Source: Eledone cirrhosa (lineage: Eukaryota). Taken from it: a stretch of DNA of 64,000 nt. Where the stretch lies: NCBI GenBank assembly GCA_964016885.1, contig OZ024755.1, forward strand, positions 36,580,001 to 36,644,000, given 5' to 3'. Below are positions 47,415 to 61,829 of this stretch, one piece after another (position 1 is the stretch's first letter; each line of letters begins with the position of its first letter). The notes beneath the pieces were generated by a model. It had not been told where the DNA came from. It did not search any database and was given only the letters and a program-made list of their open reading frames with translations. The position numbers were made by a program, and so were the translations under genes.

Positions 47415-50400
47415 CGTCTCATTTATCCAGTTGCCTTTAACCTTCTGGGCGCTGTAGGCGACTTATGTCACTGATAGATTAATCAACCCTTAATACATAA
47501 TACAGTATCAAGGGAAGCAATTCATAAAATATTCAGTGTGCTAAAGGTTAAGAATTATATATTTCGAGATAATTTGTTTTAGATCTTTTTGAAATGAGTC
47601 CTCTACAAAATAATGTTTATGTAAACATATGTATATGTTCATATATGTATATGTGTGTGTGAATATATCATCATCATCACCGTTTAATGTCCATGTTTCC
47701 ACGCTGGAATGGGTTAAAATAGTTGTCCTGTTGTCAGGTGACCATGTGTTGCTCATACAGAACTGATTCAGGCTTGGTTTCTACAGCTGGATGCCCTTCC
47801 TGTGTGTATATTTATGTATAAGTATCTATACATTACATAAGCAGAAGGGATATTCAATTTGTTGGTAATTCAACAAATATAAATATTTATAACTGATTCA
47901 GAGCACTCAACAAGTTTTCTGGAGTATAATATTCAATGATAATAAATAAATGGAAACTATATTTATAGAATAAATATGGTTTTATAAATATAGTTTCCAT
48001 TTATTTAATATCATTGTATATATTACATATATATGTGTGAAACTCCATGTGTTAACCATGGCTGTGATAAACTTGAAATTATTTGACTCTGCATCCTTAC
48101 CATATATGCATATATATATATATATAAATGGCTTCAACAGGACTAAAACTGTTTCATTCGGGAGAAATCATCATCATGAATTGAGTACATTACTTACTGT
48201 GGTTACCCCCCGATTGAACCCGGGATAAACTTATATATGTGTGTGTGTGTGTATCAATATTTATATCGATTTATCTCTCTCTCTCTCCCTCTCTCTCTAT
48301 ATATATATATTTAAACAGCAGTCTTAGCTGTGAGGTTAAGAAGTTTGTTTTGCAACCCTATGATTCTGAATTTGATCCCATTAAGCTATGAGTGGAATTT
48401 GGTATATGGAAACTGCTCAGAAGCCTGTTATATATCATCATCATCATCAACATTGTTTAATGTCCATCTTCCACACCAGCATATATTAGACGCTTTTGTT
48501 CAATTTGATGCAGGAATGGTTGGGAGACCGTGTCTCGCTCATAGGGAAGTGTCTCTGGCAGGTTTTTTACAGCTGGATGCCCTTCCTAACACCAACCACA
48601 TTTACAGTGTGGACTGTTGTGTCATCGACATAGTGGACAGAACGAGAAAGGGAGGTAGGGTGTGGGGGTGTGGTGTACAATGGGCTAAGAAGTGCCTACT
48701 GACTGTAGGTTTGTATGCAATGGCAGTCGGGTCTTCTGTACAACTGATCTCGGTCCAAAGGTCTCGATCCAGTGACATTGTCTTAGAGAGGTGTAAGTGG
48801 GCAAGGTCAGTTTTTATCACCTCGTTCCAGGTTTTTCTTGGTCTACCCACTCCGTAGCTTCCATCAATTTTCATTGCCCAGCACTTTTTTATACAACTGT
48901 CATCTTTCATATGCATCACATGGCCATACCAATGGAATCTCCTCTCCAGAACACAACATTTGATACCTCTTATGCTTAGTCTCTCTCTCTCTCAATTTGT
49001 TTATGCTTCACCGTTCATGCACATTACTATTACACTCACACACACATATATATATATCTAGGTGGTGAGAACAGACCTCAGATCGCTGAAGCTCACGGTG
49101 GAGATGACAAAGGACCGTGACAAGTGGAGAGATGCTGTGCTGAATAAGACCCGTCCCACCCTTGCAAGCAGGGAAAAGCGGACGTAAAATGATGATGATG
49201 ATGATGATGATATCTTATAAACTTGTATAAGCACCTGAAGATTAGGTCATGATTTTGATTCTTCTTACATTCTGGAGATTTGGTCAATATTGGACCTTGA
49301 AACCTTAGCTTTTGTTCTGTGTTTGGATATAAATAATATAATATATATGTGTGTGTAACCTCGATATCCAAGTGACATACAGGAAATAGGAAAGGGTGAG
49401 TGATGGATGTGAGGGTGAGTGATGGATGTGAGGGTAATGATGAGTGTAGTAGGTTGAAAATGAAATGGATTGTAATCGGCAAAAACCCATAATGCATTGT
49501 ATCAACGTCCATCATCACTACTACTTTACTTTAACCCTTTAGCATTTAAACCAGCCGTATCTGGCCAGAATTCTCTCACCTCTCTCTGTTCAAACCAGCT
49601 GTAACCAACTGTTCATACTGATGTTAATGTATTGTTCTCAAAATAGATGATATCAAAATCTCATAGATAAGATAATTATGTGAGATAAAGCTATGAAAAT
49701 ACAATAGTATATATGCTAAAGGGTTAAGAACTGTTTCACCATGCTTGCATTAGTGGGCAGTTCTTCTCCATCACTGTGTGTATTTGGTCATACAGTTTTT
49801 TGTCATCCTTGTCTTGAAGTCAGTTTTCAGCACTTTGTACCATGTCTTCCTTGATCTCCCTCTTTCACAACTTATAGTCATTCCAAGCATCTCTTCTTTT
49901 TTATTCAACTTCGTGGTTGGTGTTAGGAAGGGCATCCAGCCGTAGAAAACCCGCCAGAAAGTCCTATACGAGCAAGACAACCAATGTTGCCTCACATGGG
50001 ACAATTCCCGTCTAAACCCATGCTAGTATAGAAGATAGACGTTAAACGATGATGATGATGATATCTTCCACACACATTACATGCTCACATCAAGGCAGTT
50101 TCACACACTATATCTGATTCATCTTACATCCATCTTTTCTCTCAGGTCATTTGTGCTCCATCATTCATCCATATCAATATTACTTATCCAGTGGAACATG
50201 CTCACTTCCTTTCTTTTCAGCCATTGTAAATCTACAACATTCAAGGTCCATGTCTTACTGCCATGTAACATTGTACTTCGTATACAAGCATCATGTAATA
50301 AGTTCTTTACTTTGAGAAAGAAACCCTGGTAACAGTGCTCTGAACTTTTTCCACCCTGTTCTTACATTGACAACTATGCTTTCAGAACCCACATCTCCAC

Positions 50401-52879
50401 TGCACCTACTAGATGAATGTAATTATAGAAGTACTTCTCTGTACTGCCAAATAATTTTATCATCTCAGTAGTTAGCCCTGATGGAGGACCAGATGCCTTC
50501 CTTCACTTCAGGTTCTAATTTCTTCTGCTTCCAATCTACTATCAACTTTGATGTATCATCCATCTATTGGGTCTATTAGAAAACGTCTCTCTCTTTCTCT
50601 GCCTCATATATGTATTCTCTCCATTCAACAACCGTTTCAGTGTCAGTAATAGTGAGTATGCTGTTATCATTCCATACACACTTCTCTCCAGCAATGACTC
50701 AGCTCTCTCTATTACACAATCTTGCAATTCAGAACACTTCATGTTGCAAAACATTGGCAAACTTCTTTCTTTTTGCTTCTCTCATTGTTAAGTGTATGTT
50801 TGTATGTATGTGTACATTTTTACTTGTTTCAATCACTGTCACCATGTTGGAGAAAGTGCTAGTGCCATGATAAAATGCACCCAGTACACTCTGCAAAATA
50901 GTTGGTATTGGGAAGAGCATCCAGCCATTGAAACCATGCCAAAATATGAAACATATGAAAAAGATGTGATTCTTCAACCCACCTAATCTGAGACTGTCAG
51001 GGCCTGTCCAACCCATGCCAGTACAGAAACCAGATGTAAAATGATGATGATGATGATAATATATATAACCCTTGACAACATGGAAAAATAGATGTTAAAT
51101 TATGTTGATGATGATGACAATACATATATTGTAAGTGAATGTCTTTGTGTGCAGTTAAAATATATGATTGGGGTTAAGAATTAAGACACAAGTTTTCCTG
51201 GATACTTTTTTCTTTTTTCCATAAAAATCAAACTATGTGATATTAAGCCCTATTTTTGAGATATTTAATTTTTGTACATATACCGAAACATTTGATCATT
51301 TCTGGTGATGAGGAATTATAGTAATTATACATTATAAGATTGTGGATTGGCAGTATCAGTAGAGGGTCGGACGTCATGTTTTGCAGTATAAAGTTATGGC
51401 CCGGAGTTCAAATCCTGCCGAGGTTAACTTTGCTTTTCATCCTTACGGGGGGGGGGGGGGGGGGGGGGGTCGATAAAATAAAGTACCAGTAATGCACTGA
51501 GATAATTGCTAGCCTTGTGCTAAAAGTAGAAACAATTGTTCTACACGATTTATTCAGACAAGTTTTCTTATCTCGGTTGGTATAGTCACAATATTATAGT
51601 TCAAATCCATGGTTCATACATTCCAGTTGTGACCACCAATACCCATTCCTGGGTATGTTAATCTTCTGATTTTTTTCTATGCTGCTCCCTACTTTAACCC
51701 TTTATAATTTAAACCAGCCACTCATACTGATGTTAAGGTATTGTTCTCAAAATAAATAATATCAAAATCTCAGATTTGATATTCTGTGAGGTAAAGACTT
51801 TACCATGAAAATACAATAGTAAATATAGAGCAATGTGAATACGAAAAGGTTAAATTATTTTACATACTCATGACCCTACTTTTCACCTTAGTGTCTATGT
51901 TAGAAAACATTATTATTATAAGGGCGGTGGGTTGGCAGTATCGGTAGAGGGTCGGACGCCATGCTTTCCAGCATAGTTACGTCCCTTTACGATCTGAGTT
52001 CAAATCCCGCCGAGGTTGACTTTGCCTTTCATCCTTACAGGGTCGATAAAATAAAGTACCAGTAATGCACTGGGTAATTGCCGGCCTTGTGCCTAAAGTA
52101 GAAACAATTATTATTATAATACATAATACAGGGCGGTGGATTGGCAGTATCGGTAGAGGGTCGGACGCCATGCTTTGACGTAGAGAGTTACGGCCCTTGC
52201 CATTCTGAGTTCAAATCCCGCCGAGGTTAACTTTGCCTTTCATCCTTACGGGGTTGATAAAATAAAGTACCAGTAATACACTGGGTAATTGCTGGCCTTG
52301 TGCCAAAAGTAGAAACAATTATTATAATACATATAAAAACGAGGAAACATATTGCTAGAACAGCCAAATGCTGTCAAAGACAGAGATGGGCAAAGATGCC
52401 TCAGAGGACAGAGACCAGTGGTAAAATGTGTGCTAGTGCACTTCTTGCCCTCCTCCTTTTTCAATCTTTTCTATATATCTGTCCGTCACCCTAGCAAGAG
52501 TTTTCTCATTATTATATATATTCAAATACACTCATGCTTCATCTCAGTCAGAGACAACATTGTTTTATTATTTTTGCTTTTCTTCCTTTTGGGGTTTATA
52601 AAATAAAGTACAAATTAAGAACTGGGATCAATATAATCAACTTTTCCTTCCACCAAATTGCTAGCTTTGGGCCTAAATTAGAAACACTTATTATTATTAT
52701 TAAAGATGGTGGGTTAGTGTCAAATAAATTGTATTGTAATATTTGTTTCACCTCTTAATAATTGTTTCTACTTTTGGCACAAGGCCAACAATTTTTGGGA
52801 GAGGGGGAAAGTCGATTAAATCGACCCCAGTGCATTACTGGTGCCCAACTGATACTGCCAATTTCCCAATAATACACTA

Positions 52880-53460
52880 CTTCATCATATGGTTTGTGTT
52901 CTATATTCATGGATCAAGTTTGGCGCTCTACCACACCAAGATCAGACTCTTCCAAGTAATAATTCAACCCATCTTGCTATGTGGAAGTGAAACATGGACG
53001 CTTTCATCCAAACAACAAAAGCACCTTGATGGCACTTACACTCCCCTGCTTCAACACATTCAGAACAGAAGATGGCGACATCTGACGTTGAGAGAGATAT
53101 ATGCCGGCCTCCCACGTATATCTGTCGTTCTACGTAAAAGGAGAGTAAGGTTTCCTGGCCACTGCCATCGTGCCACCTTAGTGTCCCCATTAGTGGTTTG
53201 GAAACCACAAGCAGTCACTAATAACAGGGGCTCAAGCTCTCCTACCCCTATTTGCTGGCCACTGCCATCATGCCACCTATGAGGCTGTGTCCCCATTAGT
53301 GGTTTGTAAACCACAAGCAGTCACTAATAACAGGGGGCACAAGCTCTCCTATCCTGATGTCATCTCCAGAGATTCTGGTATTGAAATCCAGGACTTGGCA
53401 ATGGCAATGAATGACTGAGGCCACTGGATGATGATATTCATGGACAGATTTGTGCTGTGA
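52880..53460 (+). mobile_element. RTE-like LINE 3' fragment with an internal duplication
   Basis: TKIRLFQVIIQPILLCGSETWTLS...LDGTYT.LL...RR.RF.GHC.R. Confidence 0.8.
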
Positions 53461-55319
53461 AGAGAGGGAGGGACATGAAAACACAATAATTCTAATGGTT
53501 CACAAATTTATTTTCTTTAACTTTTCTTTTTTTTCATCCTCGCAAGTACAAACCATCACTAGCATCCTTGGTTTTTTTTAAAAACTAGTCGTGATGGTTA
53601 AGTATAACAGGTAATGTGGTGTCTTTTTATGAGAAGCAACATATTTTCCATCTGATTGTCAACTGAACCAGTAACAATATTGTCCCATGTTAGTGTGGAT
53701 GTGCATGGCCTTGTGGTTAGAGTTTTGAACATTTCTTCATAATGTTGTGGGTTCAATACCTAGACTGGGTAGTGCATTAAGTTCTTGAGCAAAACACTTC
53801 ATTTCACATTGCTCCAGTACACTCAGCTGAAACTGGGTACCAGCAGTAACTGGGGGGGGGGGTTGATGGACTGCTGTTCTGTCCACAAGGGAGTCTTGTA
53901 CTCTGTCGCTTAACCCTTTAGTATTCACATTACTCTATATTTACTATTATATTTTCACGGCAAATGCCTTACCTCACATAATATCTATGAGATTTTGATA
54001 TTTATTTTGAGAACAATACCTTAACATCAGTATGCGTGGCCAGATATAGCCGGTTCAAGCAGAAAGAAGTGAGATAATTCTGGCTGGACACGGTTTAAAT
54101 GCTAGTCTCATGAGCCGGTGCTTGGAAAAGAAAAGTTGATTGCAAGAAAGTTTTGTGAACCTACTGAAAAAACAAAAACAAACTTTTTATTTTACAATAA
54201 AACGATATATAAAAGAAGAAATAGAGATGCTATTTCAAATTGCAAACATTGTACATTTATTTTTTTTAAATGTATTTTTCTTTTGATCCTAAATTATTTG
54301 CTTTCCATGTTCCTGGAATCGTTAGAAAAAGTAACATTTGGATTAACCTTTTCGCATTTAAACCGGCTGCATCTAGCCAGAATTCTCTCACTTCTTTCTG
54401 TTCAAACTGGTTGTAACTGGCTGCTCGTATTTATGTTAAGGTATTATCAAAATCTCGTAGATTCGATAGTATGTGAAATAAAATGCTTACCAAGAAAATA
54501 CAATAGTAAATATAGAGTAATGTAAATGCTAAAGGGTTAAAAGAAAAATATTTGTCTTCTCTAGTGAAATCCCTGTTCAATATTATGAAAATCTTACCAT
54601 TTATATATCAATAAACCCAATTCTTAACCAAAATATTCTGTGATTGAATTATGCAAGATAAAATAAATTTAGCTTCATATATATGGTTTTGCTCAACTGT
54701 TAATATTCTTTCTTTTTTTAAACTAACCTTCAACCTGTAATTATCTTTTTAAGATTACATAAAATATATGTCTTGTCTAATTTGACTAAAACGTCTTTTT
54801 CTTACTTATTGAATAAATGAATGTACATTTACAATTTTTTGAAAACATTTTTTATAAATCTTCTCTCTTGAACCGACTGACTTCTATGATAACCAAATTT
54901 CTTGTTTTATTTTTTTAGCCTCACAAGATTCAATGTACAAAAAATCAGAACCAAAATTCTTTCTGGCAAGATAAATTATTACTTGTAAATATATGAACCC
55001 CAAAGGTTTCTCAATGTAATAAACCAAAAGATGCACTCTAATTGTATGCACAGGTCTTGGTTTCCTTCCCAACTAATCCTCAAGCACAAAAGGCCTTTGG
55101 TGATTGAGTAGTCAAACATATTTGAATTGGTTTCTGTATATTTAAATTTAAATATCAACTAATTCTCAAGCTCAAAAGTGCCTGTAGTAAAAACATTATT
55201 GAATTAGTACCTGTATATTTAAATTTGTGTCATTCTAGGCTCACATGTCAGCTACATTTAACCTTGTGAAATCTTTACCATGAATATTTGGGTGAATAAC
55301 TCAACGTTAATTATGTTTG

Positions 55320-56680
55320 CCACATGGCCTGGATAGGTATACCTGGAAGGGTACCTAAACAATGGCAATTGGGAGTGATAATCCCAATTTTCAAAAAGCA
55401 AGACAAGAGAGATTGTTCTAATTACAGAGGGATCTCTTTGTTAAGCCTCCCTGGTCAAGTATATGCTAAGTGTCTGGCAAAAAGATGTAGGAAGATAGTC
55501 AAGTCTAAGCTAGTTGATGAACAGTGTGGTTTTCACCCCAGATACAGCACAGCCAACCAAATATTTACACTGTGGCATGTCTTTGAGAAATTGTAGGAGT
55601 ATTGCCAACAAATATATTCTTGTTTTATTGACATTGAAAAGGGATATGACCGCGTTCCTCAAGAACTGCTGTGGAAGGTTGTGCAGGAGTATGGGATTGC
55701 TGGTCAGCTTATTGCTGCCCTGATGTCTCTATATGAATGCCTGAGTATTTGTGTTCGGATAAATGATGCTAAATCGAAACCATTCAATGTGGGAGTCGGA
55801 CTCCACCAAGGGTGCATACTGTCACCCCCTCCTGTTCATTATTTACATGAGCAGGATTGACAAGCGCAGCTGGGTTGAAAGTGGTATCATGACTGGCAGG
55901 TAAAATCAGTCGGCTGTAATTTTCAGACGACATGGTGTTGTTATTCAACTCGATAGAAGATGATCTTCAACTTGATAGGATTGTTGCCGAGTGCTGAATG
56001 GCTGGAATGAAAATCAGTGCTGCGAAAACCGAGACACTTGTGCTCTCAAGAAAGCCTGCGCAGTGCATGCTATATGTGAATGGAGTTCGACTGAAGCAGA
56101 TAGAGAAGTTCAAGTACCTCAGTTCAAGAGTGATAGAAGACGGGAGGCTGAATAAAGTGCAAGAATTGCAAAAGCTGGTGCAGTAATTTGCCAGCTCCAG
56201 CATTGAATAATCAGAAGGGAGGTAGGCGTATAAAAGCCAAACTCACTATCTTCATGCCAACCCTTATCTATGGTCGTGAATCTTGGGTAATGATCAAAAG
56301 AATATGATTGTGAATACAAGCAGCCGGAATGGGATTCCTCTGAAGGGTCTTTGGAGTAACGTTACTCAATAAAGTGTGTAGCTTGGAGATCATAGAGTCA
56401 CAGCAGGTAGAGCCACCATTTCTTCGAATTGAGAGATCACAGCTCTGATACTATGGGCATGTGGTTAGAATGTCCCAGGAAAGAACCGCTGGACAGATAT
56501 TATGTCTGAAAGCAACAGGTGGGAGACCCAGGGGTAAACTGCAAGGAAGATGGTTGGATAACATCCATGAGCTTGGCTGGTCAAATTCGGGGATCCAGCC
56601 GGATCAGTTGCTTCTGGCAGGACCTGCTGGAAGGAGTGTTTGAGCACTCTGCCCCCAATGACCTCAGGAATAAGTGGAGT
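55320..56680 (+). mobile_element. Second RTE-like LINE family, decayed RT to 3' end
   Basis: VPKQWQLGVIIPIFKKQDKRDCSNYRGISLLSLPGQVY...EQCGF...NQIFTL...GMKISAAKTE. 3' fragments of the same family at ~13815-14050(-), 27830-28190, 37915-38090, 63135-63545. Confidence 0.9.
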
Positions 56681-57139
56681 ACTCCTGGGGTTAGTTCACA
56701 ATATGGAAGTCTTTTGTATCCTTTTTATATTGTTGATTGCTGAATCACAAACTCCAGAAAATTTAACTGCCTTCTGTTTTCAATTTATAAAAGTTTCCAA
56801 TTCTTTTAATCACAGGTATTTCGTCCTCATCACCATTTTACTTTCTCATTTCCATGTTTATATGGACTGGTCAAGCCCTTTTCAGCACAGCATCTCTCCA
56901 CTCATTGCATTCCTCTGTAAGCTTCAGCAATTTTGAGATCAGCTCTTACCACCTTTACCTAGGTCTTCCTCTACTGCAGCTTCCTTCCACTAGGATTTCT
57001 TGGCACTTATTCACCCTAGCGATCATCATCCATACACACATATAATTGAATTAATCCCCCAGTATGTGACTGGTACTTATTTCATTTACCCAGGAAAATT
57101 GAAAGGCAAAATTCACGTCTTCTGTTGAATTTGACCAAC

Positions 57140-57345
57140 CCACACTGAAGTGGTCGTGATGGAGACATGGCAAAAAGCACCCAGTCCACACTGTAAAGTG
57201 GTCATGTAGGTGTCACGGCAAAAAGCACCCAGTCCACACTGTAAAGTGGTCGTGTAGGTGTCACGGCAAAAAGCACCCAGTCCACACTGTAAAGTGGTCG
57301 TGTAGGTGTCACGGCAAAAAGCACCCAGTACTCACTGTAAATGAG
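57140..57345 (+). repeat. 47-bp tandem repeat (~4 units) inside a SINE
   Basis: Same CCACACTGTAAAGTGGT unit family. Confidence 0.9.
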
Positions 57346-59792
57346 GTTGGGGTTAGGAAAGCATCCAGCTGTAGTAACCAAGCCAAAACCAGTTCTGTGT
57401 GAGCACTGGGAGAAGAAGCATCAGGTTATGGAGTTGGCCTTGAAGAGAGACAATCACTTGAAATACCAAAGAATCTGTTTGGTCTTCTAGAAAAGAATCC
57501 CAGTCTTTGTTTAACATCAGTAGCAAGGGGTACAGTAATATGTGACAGCAATTGTCACATTCTATCCTGAAGATAAAGGCCAGAAAAATACAATGAACCA
57601 CTTGCTTTAATAGATATTTTAAAAATTGTTAGGCTATCTCAGTTTCATCAGCATTATATGACTGAGAATACAAGACTTCTTCCCTGCTGGATAGGATGCC
57701 AGTCATTTTCAAGGTTAACCTTCAGTTACTTATTTTCAGCTGCACGTACTGGAGCAACGTGAAATGAAGTGTTTTATTCAAGAACACACCCCACCACCTC
57801 ATCCCAGAATCAAGTCCACAGCATTATGATTATAACCACTAGGCCAGGTATTTTCATATTTAATAGATATACTAAATTACAGGTGCAATCTAGATCCAAA
57901 GAAAGCTTGAGTCGAGAAAAGTGGGGATCCATAAATTAAATAAAAACAACAAACTTTGAAAATTTTTTTTATTTAATTTAAACTTTTTTTTACAGAATGT
58001 TTCTTCAGTCATTGAAACTCATCTAAATAGGCTACTAGACTATATTCCTTAACCCTTTTGATACCAAAACGTCTCAAACTGCCTGAGGTTCTATAACAAA
58101 ACTGTGATTTTAAAGTGTTTATATTTATCTAAAAGTCTTACATCATAATTTTTATGTAAGAACATTTGATTTGTCAAGCAATGTTCCAAACACTATCTTA
58201 ACCCTTTATCATTTAAACCAGCCATATCCGGCCAGAATTTCTCACCTCTTTCTGTTCAAACTAGCCACTCATGCTGATGTTAAGGTATTTTTCTCAAAAT
58301 AAATAATATCAAAATCTCATACCCTTGATATTATGTGGGGTAATTATGTGAGGTAAAGACTTTACCATGAAAATATAATAATATATATAGAGTAATGTAA
58401 ATGCTAAAGGGTTAAATTATTTAAAAGTAGCTATATTACTAAAACCCTCCAAATTCTTGATTATTTTCAAAATTATTTGAAAATAATAGGCAGTGTCTTT
58501 CACTAGAGATATGGTACCAAAAGAGTTAAATAATATGGAGCTAAGGGATACAACTATCACAACAAGTGATAAATCAGAATTGATTAATTATTCATTGGAT
58601 TGCAAAATCTTTACTTATGCAATTTGGATATAGATTTGATTTCACCAATAATAAATTGCTGGATAAACCAGAAAGTTAGAGGACAAAGCTATGCCATCTA
58701 TTTGATGAAAAATTAATATTTACATCTAATTATTTCTCAATAAAGAGAGGAATAAAAATAAAACTTAATATGCATCTGCATTTGCTTTGAGATATCATGT
58801 TTGCAATGAAGTTTAACAGAAAAAAAGAGGGAATATTATTTAACCCTTTTGCATTTAAACCGGCCATATCCGGCCAGAATTCTCTCACTTCTTTCTGCTC
58901 ATAGATTCAATACTATGTGAGGTAAAGCCTTTACTGTGAAAATACAATAGTAAATATAGAGTAATGTAAATGCTAAAAGATTAATGGAAGTTGTTCAAAG
59001 AAAGCAATTTACCATTGCTTCTTTAAAAACAGCCAGAATTCTCTCACCTCTTTCTGTTCAAACCAGCTGCTCGTATTGTTCTCAAAATAAATAATATCAA
59101 AATCTTATAGATTCAATATTATGTGAGGTAAAGCCTTTACCATGAAAATATAATAATATATACAGAGTAATGTAAATGCTAAAGGGTTAAGAAAGGTCAC
59201 AGATTAAACTTTACTCAGTGTAAATTTCAATAAAAAAGAAAAACAAGAGCAAGATTTTGCATATCATCATGATATCATTATTTGGTTGGATTATAGAGCT
59301 ATAAAGGGATGTGTATGTTTTATTAGTTTACCAGTAATAAGTGAGGGGGTCACGGAACAAAGTCATGTTGACAATATTTCTGATAATTTTTTTTTTCTTG
59401 TGTAATGGTAGTAAAAAAAGATTTTTTTAAAGCATTCATTTTTGTATGCTTGCATGAGTAGAGTGATTTATTGTCAGAGCAATTTCTTTTATAGCTGGAT
59501 GTACCTTCTACTGCTAACCACTTAACTGTGGTGTAGCAGTGGAGTCTGTTTTGTATTTAGTGAGGCTAACCGAGCAAGCAGAGTTAAGTACTTTACTCAG
59601 GAGCACAAAACATTGAACTTATGAGCATGTGGTCATTAGACCAGCATATTAAACCTAACAACAATTTTGCCTCAAATTAGTAAATTAATAGAAATGTTAG
59701 ATGTTTAATAATAATAATAATATAAATAATTATGAAATGATATTTAGATTTAGAACTAAACGATTGGTTAAAGAAACATTTTAGTGCTATAG

Positions 59793-61325
59793 CTACCCTT
59801 TATGTGTTTTAGCATGCTTTTTCAATGTGTCTTGTCTAGAAAATTCCTTACCACATTGATCACATTTGTATGGTTTTTCACCTGTATGAGTTCTCATATG
59901 AACTTTAAGATTGAAGCTATTTGTGAACATTTTTGGACAAGCTTCACAATGGAAAGGTTTATCTCCTGTATGAATACGGGTATGGCGGCGGAGTAGACTT
60001 CTGTTTGTGAAATGTTTAGGACAGTGAAGACATTTAAATAAACTCTCTCCTGTGTGACTTTTCAAGTGAAGTCCAAGGATATCTTGGCGAGAAAATGTAC
60101 GACTACAATAAACACAGGTGAATGGACGCTCACCAGTATGCGTCCTTATGTGACCCTGAAGAGTGGTCTTGTGTGAGAAGCTTTTACAACAATGTGGACA
60201 GCTATAAGGACGCTCTCCACTATGTACACGGCGATGAACACGAAGTCGGGAACTGCTGATAAATGAAAGTTCACAGGTGGGGCACTGATAAGGTTTCTCT
60301 CCAGTATGGCGCCGTAAATGAACATTAAGGTGAGAACTCACAGCAAATGACCGGTCACAGTAAGCACATTCATACGGTCGTTCTCCAGTGTGGGTACGTG
60401 TGTGCTCTTGGAGAGTGTCCGGTCTAGCAAATGTGCGAGGACAGTGGGTACAATGATAGGGACGTTCCCCAGTGTGTGTACGGGTATGTATCTTGAGGTT
60501 AGAGTTAGTGGTGAAAGTTTTAGAACAGTAGGTGCACTGATAGGGCCTCTCCCCACTATGGGATCGTATATGAATCTTCAATCTGAAGCCATATGCAAAT
60601 GTCTTCAAGCAGTGAATGCACTGATAAGGATGATTTGATTTATGAGTACGAAGATGAGTTGTTAAATCAGACTTACATGAGAACACACGATTACATTGAT
60701 CACATCGTGGTAAATTACTTGTTGCATTCTCCTCACAATCTTTGTTTGACTCCATCTGGTTAGTCAGCTGATTACTATAATCCTCATTAGAAGTGTCTTT
60801 ATTAGCAATGGTTTTTTCTTGATAGCTTTGATCTTTGCTAAATTTACTAGTATTACCAGCATAGTTAGGAATTGAGCCAGTATTAGTATCTAAATTCTGA
60901 CCAAGATCAACATCAAGATTAAACTCAAGACCATGGGTTGGACTTGGATCAATGTCTTGGTTGCCTGAAAGATCTGGAAGTGATTGATTTTGTGATAGGC
61001 TTGTAGGTTTTGCAATATGAGATTTCAAATGTATTCTTAGACTGGTTGTGCTGGGAAAAACTTCTCCACAATAAAGGCACACACTTCTGTTGTTGTTGTT
61101 GTTGTTGTTGGTATTGTTGTTGTTGTTGTTGTTGTTATTGTTGTTGATAGCCATATTTCTGTCCAAGTCATTCATATCTCTATATAAGTTTCGACTGAGG
61201 AGGTTAGAGTTGGTGTAGTTGTCAGTCAAATGCTGAGATCTCTGATTGTCTCCATAGAGAGGCAATGAATAATTTATGTTACTGCTATCAGGCAGTGATT
61301 GGTTCATGTTATAATTATTTGCCAT
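59793..61325 (-). CDS. C2H2 zinc-finger transcription factor (510 aa; 1 isolated plus 11 tandem fingers; poly-Asn tract)
   Basis: Uninterrupted ORF with 12 CxxC-x12-HxxxH motifs and TGERP/TGEKP linkers. First ATG at 61325 with an in-frame upstream TAA. A strong acceptor (gtttttgtttctttttattctgtttag) at 61474 suggests an upstream non-coding exon outside the window. Confidence 0.95.
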   Translation of the reverse strand: MANNYNMNQSLPDSSNINYSLPLYGDNQRSQHLTDNYTNSNLLSRNLYRDMNDLDRNMAINNNNNNNNNNNTNNNNNNNRSVCLYCGEVFPSTTSLRIHLKSHIAKPTSLSQNQSLPDLSGNQDIDPSPTHGLEFNLDVDLGQNLDTNTGSIPNYAGNTSKFSKDQSYQEKTIANKDTSNEDYSNQLTNQMESNKDCEENATSNLPRCDQCNRVFSCKSDLTTHLRTHKSNHPYQCIHCLKTFAYGFRLKIHIRSHSGERPYQCTYCSKTFTTNSNLKIHTRTHTGERPYHCTHCPRTFARPDTLQEHTRTHTGERPYECAYCDRSFAVSSHLNVHLRRHTGEKPYQCPTCELSFISSSRLRVHRRVHSGERPYSCPHCCKSFSHKTTLQGHIRTHTGERPFTCVYCSRTFSRQDILGLHLKSHTGESLFKCLHCPKHFTNRSLLRRHTRIHTGDKPFHCEACPKMFTNSFNLKVHMRTHTGEKPYKCDQCGKEFSRQDTLKKHAKTHKG

Positions 61326-61829
61326 TATCTTTGTCACTTCTGAAGCTGTCAATCTGACTTTTAAGAAAGGTTAATTTTTCAAAAGCACTGTTGAGCAAAA
61401 CTTCCACAATGTTCTTAACTGGTGTAATGGAAGTAGAATGAATTCTTCTAACCAACAGGAAACTGTTATTTTACTAAACAGAATAAAAAGAAACAAAAAC
61501 ATATAGTCAATTAGTCCATGGTCTCATCATTAAGCAATATCAAATACAGACATTACAAAAAACACATGATAAACATCAACAAGATTTTGAAGAACTTTCA
61601 ATCAATCTTAATTTCAAATGACAAAGATTGCCTTTGATATTTTGAATGTAGATATAAAAAAGGAAAATACAGGTAGGTACCTTTTAACCAAATATAGACC
61701 CCAACCCACTACCCCTACTCCATCCTTCCACTCCCACCAACACCACCCTTTCTCTGTAAAGTGATGTTGGTACCACAATATCCAGTCCAAATGAAGAGGT
61801 TGTGTAGATGTCACAACAAAAAACAAAAA

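Noticed and set aside
51447-51469. G23 run (and the C run at 11874-11890) as a functional G-quadruplex
   Set aside because: Homopolymer expansion of a G tract within a repeat; the length may be sequencing-dependent.
61326-61352. ORF-track start of the ZNF at 61352
   Set aside because: That is a TTG start under bacterial rules; the first ATG is at 61325.
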